Shown: positions 1-13,100, counted from the first letter of the stretch. The stretch: DNA of 64,000 bases from Octopus sinensis (GCF_006345805.1 NC_043008.1:31868001-31932000); one strand, 5' to 3'. Numbers and translations are program-made. The notes: generated by a model from the letters alone, not told the origin.

Positions 1-217
1 TTTACTACCCACAAGAGGACAAACACAGAGAGGACAAACACACGGATTAAGTCGATTATATCGACCCCAGTGCGTAACTGGTACTTATTTATCGACCCCG
101 AAAGCATGGAAGGCAAAGTTGACCTCGGCAGAATTTGAACTCAGAACGTAGCGGCAGACGAAATACCGTTAAGCATTTCGCCCGGCATGCTAACGTTTCT
201 GCCAGCTCGCCGCCTTG
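1..217 (-). mobile_element. tRNA-derived SINE (Meta-domain-like octopus family)
   Basis: GGCGGCGAGCTGGCAGAAACGTTAGC head, GTTCAAATTC B-box, GCCTT.CAT.CTTTCGGGGTCGATAAA core. Other copies at ~1761-1965, 33480-33905, 37098-37530, 54697-54900, 56560-56975, 63003-63230. Confidence 0.8.
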
Positions 218-1062
218 CCTATGAACTTTATTGACGTAAAAATAATGCCGTAAAATTCTCATAATAAATAAAGTAGCTCACAAAGATTTTCTCTCTTTCA
301 GTATTATCTATATGACCTTCGTACAATCACGAGATTTAAGCACTTCAGAAAAAAATACAATTTCAAAAGAATTATATATTTCATGTCCTCTATAAACTTC
401 ATACAATTTTATAGATTCCAAAATATCCGTGCAGTTTCTATAAGCACTGTTAGTTCTAATACTTAACTAAAAGATAACAGTCCTTTGAGTGCCCAGTTTA
501 TAAGTAATATTATATTTCAGTGGATTCCAAAATATTGACTGTAGATGATATAGTGTTGACATATTTAATACACAGAGTTTTAAAATTCTAACAAGAAACA
601 GATATGCAATAAAGAAGTAGAGATAAACGATATTAGTCAATGACTAATATTATCTTACTTTAGCAAATATAGGAGACAACTCCTGACGTTTCGATCTTAT
701 TCTAACCTCTTCTACGAAGCAGTTTTCATTATATTAGAAATTGGTGATAAAATAATCATTGAGGGGAGCCATTTAAAAAAAAAACTATATTAGTTTAAGA
801 TAGTGTTTTAAAGTATTTAACGAAGGGAGTCATTAAAAATTCCAGCATGGCCGCAGTCAAATGACTGAAACAAATAAAAGAATAAAATAATTAGTGAAGG
901 ACAAAACTAAGCACTATTTAGATACTTAGTCGTGAATGCAGTTGATAGTCCTGTATCCGGAATGCTTATGATCGGGATTGATTCGGATTTCGAGATAGTT
1001 ATACACTTGCATCTTTAAAATAAAGGAACTTGGGTATGGAACCAAGTTCAAACATGTTATCC

Positions 1063-1141
1063 AATTACATTTCATAATAGAGTTCATTACATTATGAAAT
1101 GTAATTTCATAATGTAATGAACTCTATTATGAAATGTAATT
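1063..1141. repeat. Perfect 38-bp palindrome with 3-nt loop
   Basis: AATTACATTTCATAATAGAGTTCATTACATTATGAAAT-gta-reverse complement. Confidence 0.9.
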
Positions 1142-1257
1142 TCAACGAGTAGCTCCGCAACAACTAAGCATTTCTAATGGTAACTAATGAACGGTTTCTG
1201 AAATGTTCCATCTGGACCCTTTTTTTTTTCTCTCCCTAAAAAATAAAGTAAAATATG

Positions 1258-1614
1258 GTATAGGGTAAAGATCCCCTTCGGTCATGAATGACCATGGGAT
1301 TGCACCTAAAAAGTTACCCTCCGAGGCACAAGTCCGGGCAAAGTTGTTTATGAAAGACCAGCAGTCGCCCATGCATACCAGCCTCTCCTCTTCACGTCAG
1401 CCTCCCCTCTCCACGTCACTGATGTTATCCAACGGAAAGGCAAAAGCCAATACAGCTTAGCACCAGGACGTTGCAATTCATTTCTACAGCTGAATGAACT
1501 GGAGCAACATGGAATAAAGTGTCTTGCTCAAGAACACAACACACAACCCGATCCGAACTCACTGCCTTATGATTGCAAGAGCGACGTTCTTAACCACTGA
1601 GCCATGCGCCTTCA
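1258..1614 (-). mobile_element. tRNA-derived SINE (V-domain-like)
   Basis: Minus-strand head GAAGGCGCATGGCTCAGTGGTTA and core GTGTTGTGTTCTTGAGCAAGACACTT. Confidence 0.65.
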
Positions 1615-2395
1615 CAAAGTAAAAATCAAACATTTTTTTTTTAAATCGTATTTTAGAATTATGAATAAAAGAGGGTAAACTGTAGTGTTTTCCTCTAGTT
1701 TTTAATTGTAGAATCTGTTACTCTAGGTGAATTTCTGACTTCCTGATAATAGGATTGCTTGGGCGGTGAGCTGGCAGAATCGCTAGCACGCCGAGTAAAA
1801 TGCTGAGCGGTATTTCGAATGTTCTTACGTTCTGAGTTCGAATTCCGCCGTGGTCGACTTTACTTTTCATCCTTCCAGAGTCGATAAAGTACCAGTTGAA
1901 CCCTGGGGGTCGATATAATCGACTTTCTCCCTTCTCTGGACTTGTGCCAAAATTTGAAACTATTATAATAGAATTGCTATTATTGCTGTTTAGGTCCAGT
2001 TCAACCTTGACTGGGCACACACATATTCAAAGGTGTAGAAGCTGAGCCTGTTCAACCTTCTCACCGTACTTGTTCGACCTTGCATAATTAGGATTTCAAT
2101 GTCCAGGTTATCCTTCTTTTCAAGACGTCCAGGTGTAATTCGTGATTCGATAGCTATTCCAAGCAGGTCGAGCGCTCGTATAGAAGCTCCGTAATTATCT
2201 CCTTGTACATGACTATATGTATTCGAGACTGGCCTAGATTACGCCTAGGGATAGGGTTAGGTTTAGGGTTAACAATGTTCTGTTGCAATCAGATTACAAA
2301 TCTATGAAACACAGACATGTGTTGATAAGAATCCATGACAAAGCAAGTCTGTATTTCTATAAACAGCACTCAAGTTAGGTCACTGATAAAATATA

Positions 2396-3486
2396 CGAGG
2401 GACGTTCAATAAGTAATGCCCTTGACCCACTTGCAGTTGTTTGATCTAGCTGAAACTTTGCATGTGCAATTATTTATATCTCTATAGATTAAATGGCAAA
2501 TTAAAGCTCGGAATTAATTGTGGTTTCTGATTGACAGGTGTTTGAACTGAGTCAAGTGTGAAATGGAGCCTGTTGAGTGTCGAGCAGTGATCCGGTTTTT
2601 GTATTTGAAAGGTCGCACACCACGGGAGACTTTTGATGAAATGAAAGTAACTTATGGTGATGATGCCCCATCATATGACCTTGTAAAACGCTGGCATCGT
2701 GAATTCAAACTTGGTCGGAACTCTGTGGAAACAGCTTCCAGGTCTGGTCGCCCCACTTCTGCCATTGATGAGGCATCTGTCCGTCAAGTTGAGGCTGCCA
2801 TTTTGGAAGATCGACGCATAACTATTCGCCAAATAGCCCATGAGGTCAAGATTAGTACCAGGTCTGTGGAAACTATCATTCATGACCATCTGCATATGCA
2901 AAAGGTGTCTGCCAGATGGATTCCCCGGTTGCTCACACCTTTCCAGAAGCAAGAACGCGTCGAGTGCTCGAGGATGAATTTGGAGATGTGCCAAGGAGAT
3001 GAGTCAAAATTTTCCAAAAGACTGATTACACAGGATGAAACCTGGGTCCATCACTATGATCCAGAAACCAAAGCCCAGTCAATGCAGTGGAAGCACCGTG
3101 ACTCACCTCCTCCAAAGAAGGCAAGGGTGCAGCCCTCCGCTGTCAAGGTCATGCTCAGTCTTCTGGGACCAGGACGGAGTAGTGATGACAGATTTCCTGG
3201 CAAAGGGTACCACAATTACAGGAGCCTATTATGCTTCACTTTTGAGGAAATTAAGAGAAACTATCAAAATCAAGAGGCGGGGCAAGATCAGCAAAGGCAT
3301 CCTCCTCCTGCAGGACAACGCTCCGGTCCACAACTCGCGTGTCGCCAGATCAAAAGCACAGGCGATGGGAGAAATGCGTAACTCTAGGTGGTTCCTATGT
3401 AGAAAAAGACTAATAACTGTGCCAAGTTTCGTTGCTCTACTGCTATGGGAAGTGGGTCAGGGGCATTACTCATTGAACGCCTCTCG
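2396..3486 (+). mobile_element. Mariner (Tc1/mariner, irritans-like) transposon, defective
   Basis: ~37-bp TIRs CGAGGGACGTTCAATAAGTAATGCCCTTGACCCACTT with TA on both sides (2394-95, 3487-88). Transposase from ATG 2563 has WIPRLL, TQDETWVHHYDPE and LQDNAP motifs, a frameshift near 3160, and a deletion that joins to the C-terminal RWEKCVTLGGSYVEKD*. Confidence 0.93.
2563..3412 (+). pseudogene. Mariner transposase pseudogene
   Basis: Split over ORFs 2563..3381 and 3035..3502. Lacks the YSPDLAPSD motif and third catalytic Asp. Confidence 0.88.
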
Positions 3487-5110
3487 TAGTATGTTTATTT
3501 AGTACGAAGAAGCACACTCGGGTTATTTTTCCTCGACCCACATATGTGTAGTTAACTTTTTTTAAACACTTCGTTCATTAAATATGTGTAACATTATTCA
3601 GTGTCACTACATTTTCCCCTGTATTTCCAACTTTAACCAACTAAACTAAATATGTTTCACTGAGGAGACCTGATAAAATCGAAACATGTCTGTTATATCC
3701 ACCATTTAGCTTTAAAGACATCTACAGCTAACTGCATTGTCATTATCTACCAAAAGTTTAGATAATCTAAACATATTGGGGTTATTTTCTCTTGTTTTTT
3801 GTATTTAAATTCACGAACGGAGTATTTACCTTCTACTTGCAAACATAATCTCGTTTTGCAACTTATTACATTACGTATGTGAGCCTCTACCGCATGTGTA
3901 TTTAGTAGACTGAGCCAAACACAGAGCCTTTACGTGGTTTCTCGACCTGCAAGAAGTAGCTGCAAAATTTACCTCAAATCACATCCTATCGTCTTAAAAA
4001 GTTGACTCATTAGATAATAGGGCTTTGAGTTCCGTAAATGTGGGGAAAATGGAATGGTCGTGGTTGGAATATCTTTGATTATAGGTCAATCTACTCAAGC
4101 TGACTTGAGTTAAACTCAAGTTTAACGAAATTAACTTAACTCTGAGTCAACGAGGGTACTTCTACGTGGTATCTTGACCAGCTAAAAATAGTAGCCAAAT
4201 CTCAATCAGATCTCTCTGGACAGAACACACTGAGTAACTTAGTATCACATGAACAAACCCTGGAGAAAAGTCAGGATAGTCACAGGGGTAAACCTTTCTC
4301 TTGGAAAATGGTTTGGAGCTGAACCTGGATAACTAGAAGATGGATGCCTTGTTGTCTACACAGAGAGTTTATTAGGAACACAAAGAATTCAATATTTGCG
4401 GGAAATTCCTTTCGGGTTTAGCTCCTAGTTGCAACCGAACCTCGATTTGTGTACGTAAATAAAGACGAGTATGAAGTACGCTTGATTCTCGTGCTTGATT
4501 ATTTAATTATAATTCAAAAAATTACTGCTAGGCACATGATGAAAAGATCAGTGATAGAGAGATGATAGGTGGGGGAGACTTGAAAAAATTGAACTTGGGA
4601 CCCGGTTGTATATGCTTCCAGAACCTCAGATTCGCCAAGATAAGCGGGTTTTTCTTGAGCACTGTATATCGCCAGTTATCCCCGCCTTTTATCATCTCTG
4701 TAAGATTCAAAGTCCTGTGATCAACCTTCAGTACTTCTTTTCATGTCTTCCTAGGTCTCCTTTTTCTTGTTTAACCTCATGTCGACCCTAATCGAGAAGA
4801 CTTATGAAAAATCTGTTCCAGCCGTGACTGTCTCCTACTTTTGGAATTACATTGTATTATTCTTTAAGACGGTATGGCGTGGTTTGTGGGAGATTTGGTT
4901 ATTATTTTTAACAAGTTAAACGACTATGTAAAATATCTTGTCGACCATCAGTTGAGCAGAAAACGTTCAATAAAGAATTTGCAAATGAAAACAATAAAAT
5001 ATGAGGGGAGTAATCAATGATTTAGAAGAGGTTTTTAGAGATGGTATCACTTTTGGGGAAATGGGAACGAGAACAATTCCTGGACAATATTTTCAATAAT
5101 AAACAACAAA

Positions 5111-5797
5111 TTGTGCCACTTCAGCGAACAGCCAGCCTGACCATTTATACTATAATGTTTGACCCAAAATCAAACATTAACCCTAACACTAACCCTAACC
5201 ATAAACCCTAACCCTAAGCCCTAACCTAAATCCTAAACCTTAACCCTATCCCTAAGACTAGCCTTAAATGTAACCAAACTCAAACTTACCTCTAACATAG
5301 CCCTAAACCCTCACCCTAATTTTAACTTTAATCCTAAATCCTAACACTGACACTAACCCTAATCCTAACCCGCATCAGATCATTTCACAGTATATGTAAG
5401 TATTTAGGTACGTAAGTACTTACATTAGTCGTGTAACATAAGTATGTAAGTATTTAGGTATGTAAGTATTTAGGTACGTAAGTACTTACATTAGTCGTGT
5501 AACATAAGTATGTAAGTATTTAGGTACGTAAGTACTTACATTATTCACGTAACATAAGTATGTAAGTATTTAGGTACGTAAGTACTTACATTATTCACGT
5601 AACATAAGTATGTAAGTATGGATATATATAGTACGTAAAAGTAAATAAGTATTCATAAGCACGAATAAGTATGAATACGTAGATATTAAGTATCCATACT
5701 TATGCAGTAAATGTGGATACTTATGCAATAAAGTATGCAGTATCCATACTTTAGCGTACCGATACTGCAGTGGGTCACACGCTAAAGTAGCACCCAA
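5111..5797. mobile_element. Non-autonomous element with subterminal inverted repeats, degenerate (TAACCC)n array and 50-bp tandem repeats
   Basis: GTGCCACTTCAGCG (5113) vs CGCTAAAGTAGCAC (5780). Telomere-like array 5177-5371. About 4 copies of a 50-bp unit at 5393-5620. Confidence 0.55.
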
Positions 5798-7067
5798 TAG
5801 AGCTATATAGTAAAAACTTTGGTGTAGAGCGCTATCTTAAAAGCAGAAGATCTTGATAGCAATCAGATTTCAGATACGATTACTATCCAATCAAAATATT
5901 TAGTTTAGGGTCCTGGATCGGCATATCGATTTCATTAATTAAACCTCTTCCGCATCACTCACAACTTATGATCATGTATTTATGATAGAAATCAATAATA
6001 CGGTAGGGCAGTGGTTCCCAATTTTTCACAACCAAGGACCCCTTCTATTTAAATGAGTTTTCCTACGGACCCGAGGATATGTCATTTAAAAGGTTAATAC
6101 AAGGGGGATTCTTAGTTTATTCTTTGCCTTTGGTATATTTCCTGCCATACAAATAACGAGATTGGCAAAAGTGGTCGTCACGTATATTTGGCTCGACTAC
6201 ATTTAATGTAGAAATTATCCAACACCAATGAGTCAAAGAGTGAATACCTCTGTGCTGGTGCACAACTTGCAATAACTGCCAAATTCTAACTTCTTAACAA
6301 AGTATTATATTTCTTTACAGACAAAATCTAGTGCGCACACATATACATATATATATACATATTTACATATGCATATATACACACATACGCATAAATATGC
6401 ATGTGCACTTATGCATCTCTATGTGCAAACGAATGCATACTGAACGATTTTGACACTCAGCATGCATTTTGAACAGACCCTGTTGGCAGCTCTAACATAC
6501 TTGTAGAGTTAATTACATACTAGCAATTTTCTGTAGCACTATTAGGTCAAGAACTGTTTGAAAGTTTCCAATATTACCCAACCTGGAAGAAATGAAAATG
6601 GAATAAAACTAGAAAAACTTTTTGACGAACCTCGCCGACAGTTATTTCTATGCAATCTTTTCCCTTGCAAATAGGGTGGATAAATCTCTATTTTTGTTTA
6701 TTTACTTGTTTTATTTTTCTATATAATTCAAATAGTCGATTTTATTACACAACAGCAGATTTATCAGATATGCAACTCAGTCTACTCTTACTATTCCCCA
6801 CTTTCTTCTCTTCCCTCCACCACTATCACTACCAACCCATCTCTTTCACTGTTACTACTGATTCACCCTCCCACGACAACCTCACCACCCTATCACATTA
6901 AGCCTTATTACCATCACCACCACTAAGACCAATTCTTCTCGATACTCCTCTCGCACTCTAACTACCACTCTGTCACTCCCACCGCCTCCAGTCACTACCA
7001 CCAACATTACAATCATTACTACTACTAATACTTTAGTGTCACCGCCGCTACCGCTCTTGGTACATAG

Positions 7068-7075
7068 GATAAAAG
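7068..7075 (+). promoter_or_regulatory. TATA-like box (GATAAAAG) upstream of ALDH gene 1
   Basis: About 50 nt upstream of the ATG in a relatively CpG-retaining region. Positional evidence only. Confidence 0.3.
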
Positions 7076-7121
7076 CAGAGTGAAGCTTGTCTCAAAAGTC
7101 CCTGAATCAGCTCTTGTCACC

Positions 7122-7175
7122 ATGTCTGCAGGAATACCACCACCCATCAAAGATGTGAAGATCAAATACTCCCAG
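7122..7175 (+). CDS. ALDH1A: ALDH gene 1 exon 1 ([18 protein letters not shown])
   Basis: Good Kozak context gtcaccATG and donor CAG|gtaaga. The IKYSQ end matches the family exon 1 end that precedes IFINN. Confidence 0.88.
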
Positions 7176-10100
7176 GTAAGACCAGCACAGCGACCCTAAA
7201 ACTAAAAACAAAATGCAAACGGATAACAGAATATAAATACAAACAAGAATCTGCGAAGGAAAAAAATTGCTTCAGATTTTTATGCATAAAAGAAATATAA
7301 CTAAAATCCATTCTTCGCAGGACTAGTAATGTTTGAGTTAATTAACTTAGCGGCTCCACCAGGTTCTTGTTAAGCGACAAAACCAGAAATCGTGCATGTG
7401 ACCACAAAACAATTTAGTGGATCCAATGATAATGTGGCACTAACATTATTCACCTTGTTAAAAATATATTTTGTTATAACATAGTTTGTACAAAAAACAT
7501 GTTAAGTATAAATACCTGAAGCATTAATGTTTAAGAAAATTTAATGACTTTTGTGTTTCTAAGACGTTAGACAGCTTTAATATGAAACGTGTGTGTGTAT
7601 GTGCATGAATTAACATTTTGCATTCGTTGCTCGGACAATGCTTTTTGACGCATAACACGGAGTAACAACTAAAACTAGGTTATAGTTTCCTTTATTGTCT
7701 CTGCCGTATGTCTCGAGTATTTTTCTGTTCTTTCGTTTGCGTGTGTATATCTATAAACCTGAATGTATAGCTGTATTCATGCATGCAAGTATATATATCT
7801 ATGGGTGGTGTGCGTATTCCTTCACTTCGCCGGTTTGGCGATGCAAACAAAGATATTGTCACTGGTATATAAATGTAATCCCCGTGATTTAAAACTAGTT
7901 GGATAAGTTCCTATTCTCGAAGCTCTTAGCCTTTCAGTCACTCCGTAACTAACTAGGTGCAACCACATAACGTGTTTCGACTAAGAAAATTTATAACACT
8001 TAGCCAACCGCTTCCCCTACAAAAGAACTTTTTCTACTCGCTTCAAATGGATTAGTAACAACTCCACTCTTTATTTTGCTAAACAGAATTTATTTTTACT
8101 TAGCATATTATTAGAAAATTCAGTAAAAATTGTCGACTAATATGTAAACAGCGGCTCCTGATACAACTAATTAAAGAAATAAAACAAAACAAATGAGCAT
8201 GTCGAAATCCCTGAACGTGCTAAAACCTGGTGTTGTTTATGAAACTATAATCAAGTTAATTTGTCTTGGTTGTCGTAATTAACTCATTAAATTGTCTACA
8301 AAAATAAAACCTCCTTTACGTCCATTGAATATGAAATCGAAATTAATATGGTTTAATTAATTTTTGCAGACACAAGTAAAGTAAGTTGCAAACTGAATGA
8401 ATGAAGCATGACATTTCTATGTAGTCCCGTATGTTTAGCACTGGGTGTTGTTGTTTACGATTATTAAATGCCGTTAGTAAAACAATGAATGAAAGACAAT
8501 GAATGAAATATAGAATTTTTTTTTCTTATCTTTTTATTATAGGTTTTGTTATAATGTGAGATAAAACTAGAGAAATAGATAAAACGAATGGAAAAGTTAT
8601 AAAATTACCCCATATATTATATAGTACATAACCCAGACTGAGCCTTATTGCTAGATGTAGTGCTATTTATTGTATATCATTTGTTAAAATACGAAATGTT
8701 ATTTCTACATCTTCATGCCGTCGCTGAGCTTGCAGATCTATGATCAAAGGCATTCCTAGTGTGACCGTCCCGTCTTTTTATATGCGAGAAATATTGCCAG
8801 CGATTTAGCTGCTATTTCTAGTAGGTCGAGTCATCCTATCGCGTGATGTTCTCATCCTCTCGCTAGTTCGAAATACCATTATGTAGCTGTGTTTTGATTA
8901 TGTATTAGTACGAACATGCAGGAAAAGAAAAGTTGGGTTTTTAAATGTATTGCATGCATGTGGCCGGGAAGGTACACAAGTATAAGATTTCAGATCTGAC
9001 AAAGGCCGACTTCTTGAAGTCATTTTATTTTCTTTATCAATTTTGCAAATGTTATTTTTATTCCAGTTACTTTTAAATTTTGTAATTACAATCTTAAAAC
9101 TTACGTTAATCTTTCTCACCCCTCTTGTTCTAAAAACACATATACATAACCACATACATTTATACAGCATATATAAATATTAGCTGTAAGGACTAAGGAG
9201 AGAGATAGAGGCGGGTGATTATTATCAAGTAACTAGCATACTCTGCAGTAACCTTTTGTAATTGTTGTAGGGTGGGAGCTAACATACCTATATTATTCAG
9301 TTTCAACAAGAGCGTCGTCATTGAACTAATTCTACAGTTTAACTAAATCTCTTTACATGCGAAGTTCAACTCCCTTTAAATTCAGCTCACTTAAAATCCC
9401 ATCTGGAGGTGGTTTGATCAACTCCTTCGTCTCTTTAAAATAAGCGGCCCTGTGTTACCAGTTTAGTCAATATAATTTAAGTCTCCCCCATCTCAAACGT
9501 TACATCCATAACCTTTTGCTTAATGTTGTCGTAAAACCCTTATTCTTCGAAGTGAAATTTAGATTTGCTGTTAATTAATTAAACCGCTTTTTACATTCAG
9601 TTACCTGAAATTGAAACTGTCCACCACAATTTTAGTCAAATTTTTGCAGTATTCCGAACATCAGATAACTTAGGAAAAAGTTATATTACAAAATCCTTTC
9701 AAAATTGGGGTAATTAGTTTATTCATAACTTTTTTGTGTTGCAAGATTCCTAATGTAAAACTGTGTTGAAACATTGTATTTCGGGTTGGTTATTTATATT
9801 TCTGCTTCTCTCGTTTACCACTGCTGTATAACGAAAGATTACCAGACAATGGACACGAGTTAGAATAAGAACAGTAATAAATGAGTGAAGTGCGAATATA
9901 TAGTGCGTGTGTTTATTTGGCAAAAAAAAAAAACCGTCCCAAAATACTTTTATTTTTTTATTAAATTTTACATATACGTTTTCGACCGCGTAGTCTTCAG
10001 TTATCTTTTGTTCTAGTCATTGAAATGTAGCATGCTGGGACACTGCTTTGAAGTCGAACAAATCAACCTCAGTGCTTTTTTTTTTTTTTCTATAGCCTGG

Positions 10101-13100
10101 TACTTTATTCGGTTAATATAGGGCGTAACAAATATCAGAAAATCAAAAAAAAATGTGTGTAATAGGTGTAAAACAACTTCCTATGAACGAATATGAAAAA
10201 AAAAATTCGCGCACGCGAAAGGGGGGTGGGGGAGAGGCCTCGGAAAATTCACATCGGGAAGTTCCGAAAGCGTCTGAGGAGCTGACCCGGGCACCAAAAC
10301 AAAAAAAAATAGTGTAATGTGTAAAACAACTTGCTCTAAACGAATATGACAAAAAAAATGCGCTCTCGCGAAAGAGGGGTGGGGGAGAGGCCTCGGAATA
10401 TTTATATCGGGAATTTCCGAAAGCGTCTGAACCGGGCACAAAAACAAAAACAAAACAGCGTAATAGGTGTAAAACAACTTGCTCTAAACGACTATCACGA
10501 AAAAAATGCGCGCTCGCGAAAGGGGGGTGGGGGAGAGGCTTCGGAATTTCACATCTTCAGTCCACGGCCTTTAAACTAAGAAAAAAATAGTGTAATTGGT
10601 GTAAAACTACTTGTTCTAAACGAGTATCAAGAACACACACTCACACATGAATCATAAACTCCGTATTTCGCAAAAAAAAAAATTAACAAAGAGAAGAAAT
10701 TCTGGAAAAAGTGAAGAAATGTTGGATCTCATTCCTTGGTTAAAGCTATTTTAAACATTAAATTTATGCTTTTCTTTGAAATAGTTCAGATATATGCAAT
10801 TCTTCTCACTTATTAAGATGCATTTATCAGAAAAAAAGACAGAAAAAATTATTATTTTGTGTCAATCCTTCCCTAATTATCCTTTATTAATAGTTTTGGC
10901 GTGTATTTTTTTCCCAAATTTATTTTTTCACCTTTACAACACTGTTTAGTAAAGCAATTAATTATCTTTATAATTTGCATATTTGACTTATTAATCAAAA
11001 TTCTCTAGATGTAATATATACTAAGTAATGCATCCTTCATTTATGTGTTCCGTTCTGTATTATGCATGCGTGACTGTTTGTATGTAAGTGTGTTTAACTG
11101 TGCACATGAATGTGAATATTAAGAACATATTTATTTACTATGATTGTTATTTTCAGAACAAATAAATCTTTTGGCTGTTATGTTATTGATGTTATTATTA
11201 TTGCTAGTTAAAGGGTGGTGACTTGGCTGAATATTTTGAGTCTTGTAGTATGTAGTTGTGTTAGTCAATATTCTGAGTTCAAATCCAACTCATTTCTTTA
11301 TCATCATTATCGATGGACCACTCAAAGAGGTATGTATACATTATCATTTTCGTAACATAATTCTGTAGTATTTCAAGATGTTTCTGACACGTATTTTGAT
11401 TCACATGGCGGAGATCCAACATTTCTTCACTTTTTCCAGAATTTCTTCTCTTTATTTTTTTTTTTTGCGAAATACGGAGTTTATGATTCATGTGTGAGTG
11501 TGTGTTCTTGATACTCGTTTAGAACAAGTAGTTTTACACCAATTACACTATTTTTTTAGTTTTAAAAGGCCGTGGACTGAAGATGTGAAATTTCCGAAGC
11601 CTCTCCCCCACCCCCCTTTCGCGAGCGCGCATTTTTTTCATGATAGTCGTTTAGAGCAAGTTGTTTTACACACGCTATTACGTTTTTTGTTTTTGTGCCC
11701 GGTTCAGACGCTTTCGGAAATTCCCGATATAAATATTCCGAGGCCTCTCCCCCACCCCTCTTTCGCGAGAGCGCATTTTTTTTTGTCATATTCGTTTAGA
11801 GCAAGTTGTTTTAACACACATTACACTATTTTTTTTTGTTTTGGTGCCCGGGTCAGCTCCTCAGACGCTTTCGGAACTTCCCGATGTGAATTTTCCGAGG
11901 CCTCTCCCCCACCCCCCTTTCGCGTGCGCGAATTTTTTTTTCATATTCGTTCATAGGAAGTTGTTTTACACCTATTACACACATTTTTTTTTTGATTTTC
12001 TGATATTTGTTACGCCCTATATTAACCCTTTATTCTAGCGGCACCTTTTTGCCGAAACGCTATGTTGGAGCGGGTCATCAACCAGCGCCAGTTGTCAGAC
12101 GGTGGTAACGGACAAACACACGTTTATTCATATATACCTCGTGCTTCTTTCAGTTTCTGTCTTGCAAACCCACTTACAAGGCTTTGGTCAGCCCGCGGAT
12201 ATAGTAGAAAACAAGGTTCCGCGCACTGAGACTGAACTTGGAACCATGTGGTTCGGAAGCAAGTTTCTTACTACACAACGACGGTTGATGATTTTTTTTT
12301 TCTTTTTATAAAGAAACGAAATATATAAACAATTCGATAAATTTTCATGATCTTTGACAGTATAATAAGACAAATGGGACACATTGTAGGACATTCAAAA
12401 TACTTTCGCTCTATATTGTACATGGTTGTGTAAGTCATTAATAGCTTTCAAAAATGCTTGCAATTTACGTAAACTCAAATTTTAAAAATTATTTCTGTTT
12501 CTTCTATTTATACTTTAAACTAAAGTATAAAACTAAACTGGAACTCTTCTTGTCAGGGGTTCCAGATGAACCTACCTCTCGGCAGGAAACACAGATGCGG
12601 GCAGCAGCGTCGAACTCCCTTGTTGTTGACCAAGTACCACGTATCAGAGGTGGTTTCACATACTAGTGTAGCTCATTCAACTGTGGTGCCCCAGCATGGC
12701 CGCAGCTTTCGGGCTGAAACATTTTTAAGAATTAAGGATTATATGTTCATAATGAATAATATATAGCCATTATTGATGTTAGATACATATGTGCATATAA
12801 CTTGAATGGTTAACATGAATTTATACCACACACACCTGCCTTTTCATTATGTTCTTATGCTTTTGGAATTTGACAAAGATAGGTATAGATCTGTGCTCCG
12901 CAAACTTTTTCACTTGCAGTACACTTATATACTTTCCAAAATTTAGCAGCACACCTGAACTAAAAATATAAGTAAAAGCATAGGAAAAAGAATTCATTCG
13001 GGTTACACTGCGGCACACTTAGCATCTTGTGGCATACTGGTTGCAGAGCACTGATATAGATTACAACAATATTGGTATTAGTATATTTCGTAAAATATAT

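Noticed and set aside
1-217. Similar SINE variant upstream of both ALDH genes as a segmental-duplication marker
   Set aside because: High-copy young family, and the flanking unique sequence does not align.
5177-5371. Telomere or chromosome fusion scar
   Set aside because: Short, degenerate and embedded in a modular repeat element.
5393-5620. Regularly spaced repeats resembling a CRISPR array
   Set aside because: Contiguous tandem 50-mers with no unique spacers, a eukaryotic context and no cas genes.
7000-7121. Mitochondrial targeting extension (ALDH2 identity)
   Set aside because: In-frame TAG at 7065, no upstream ATG, and the exon 4/5 boundary is ALDH1A-type. An upstream exon outside the window cannot be fully excluded.
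10143-12038. Paired similar ORFs on opposite strands
   Set aside because: By-product of the inverted arms; no transposase motifs.
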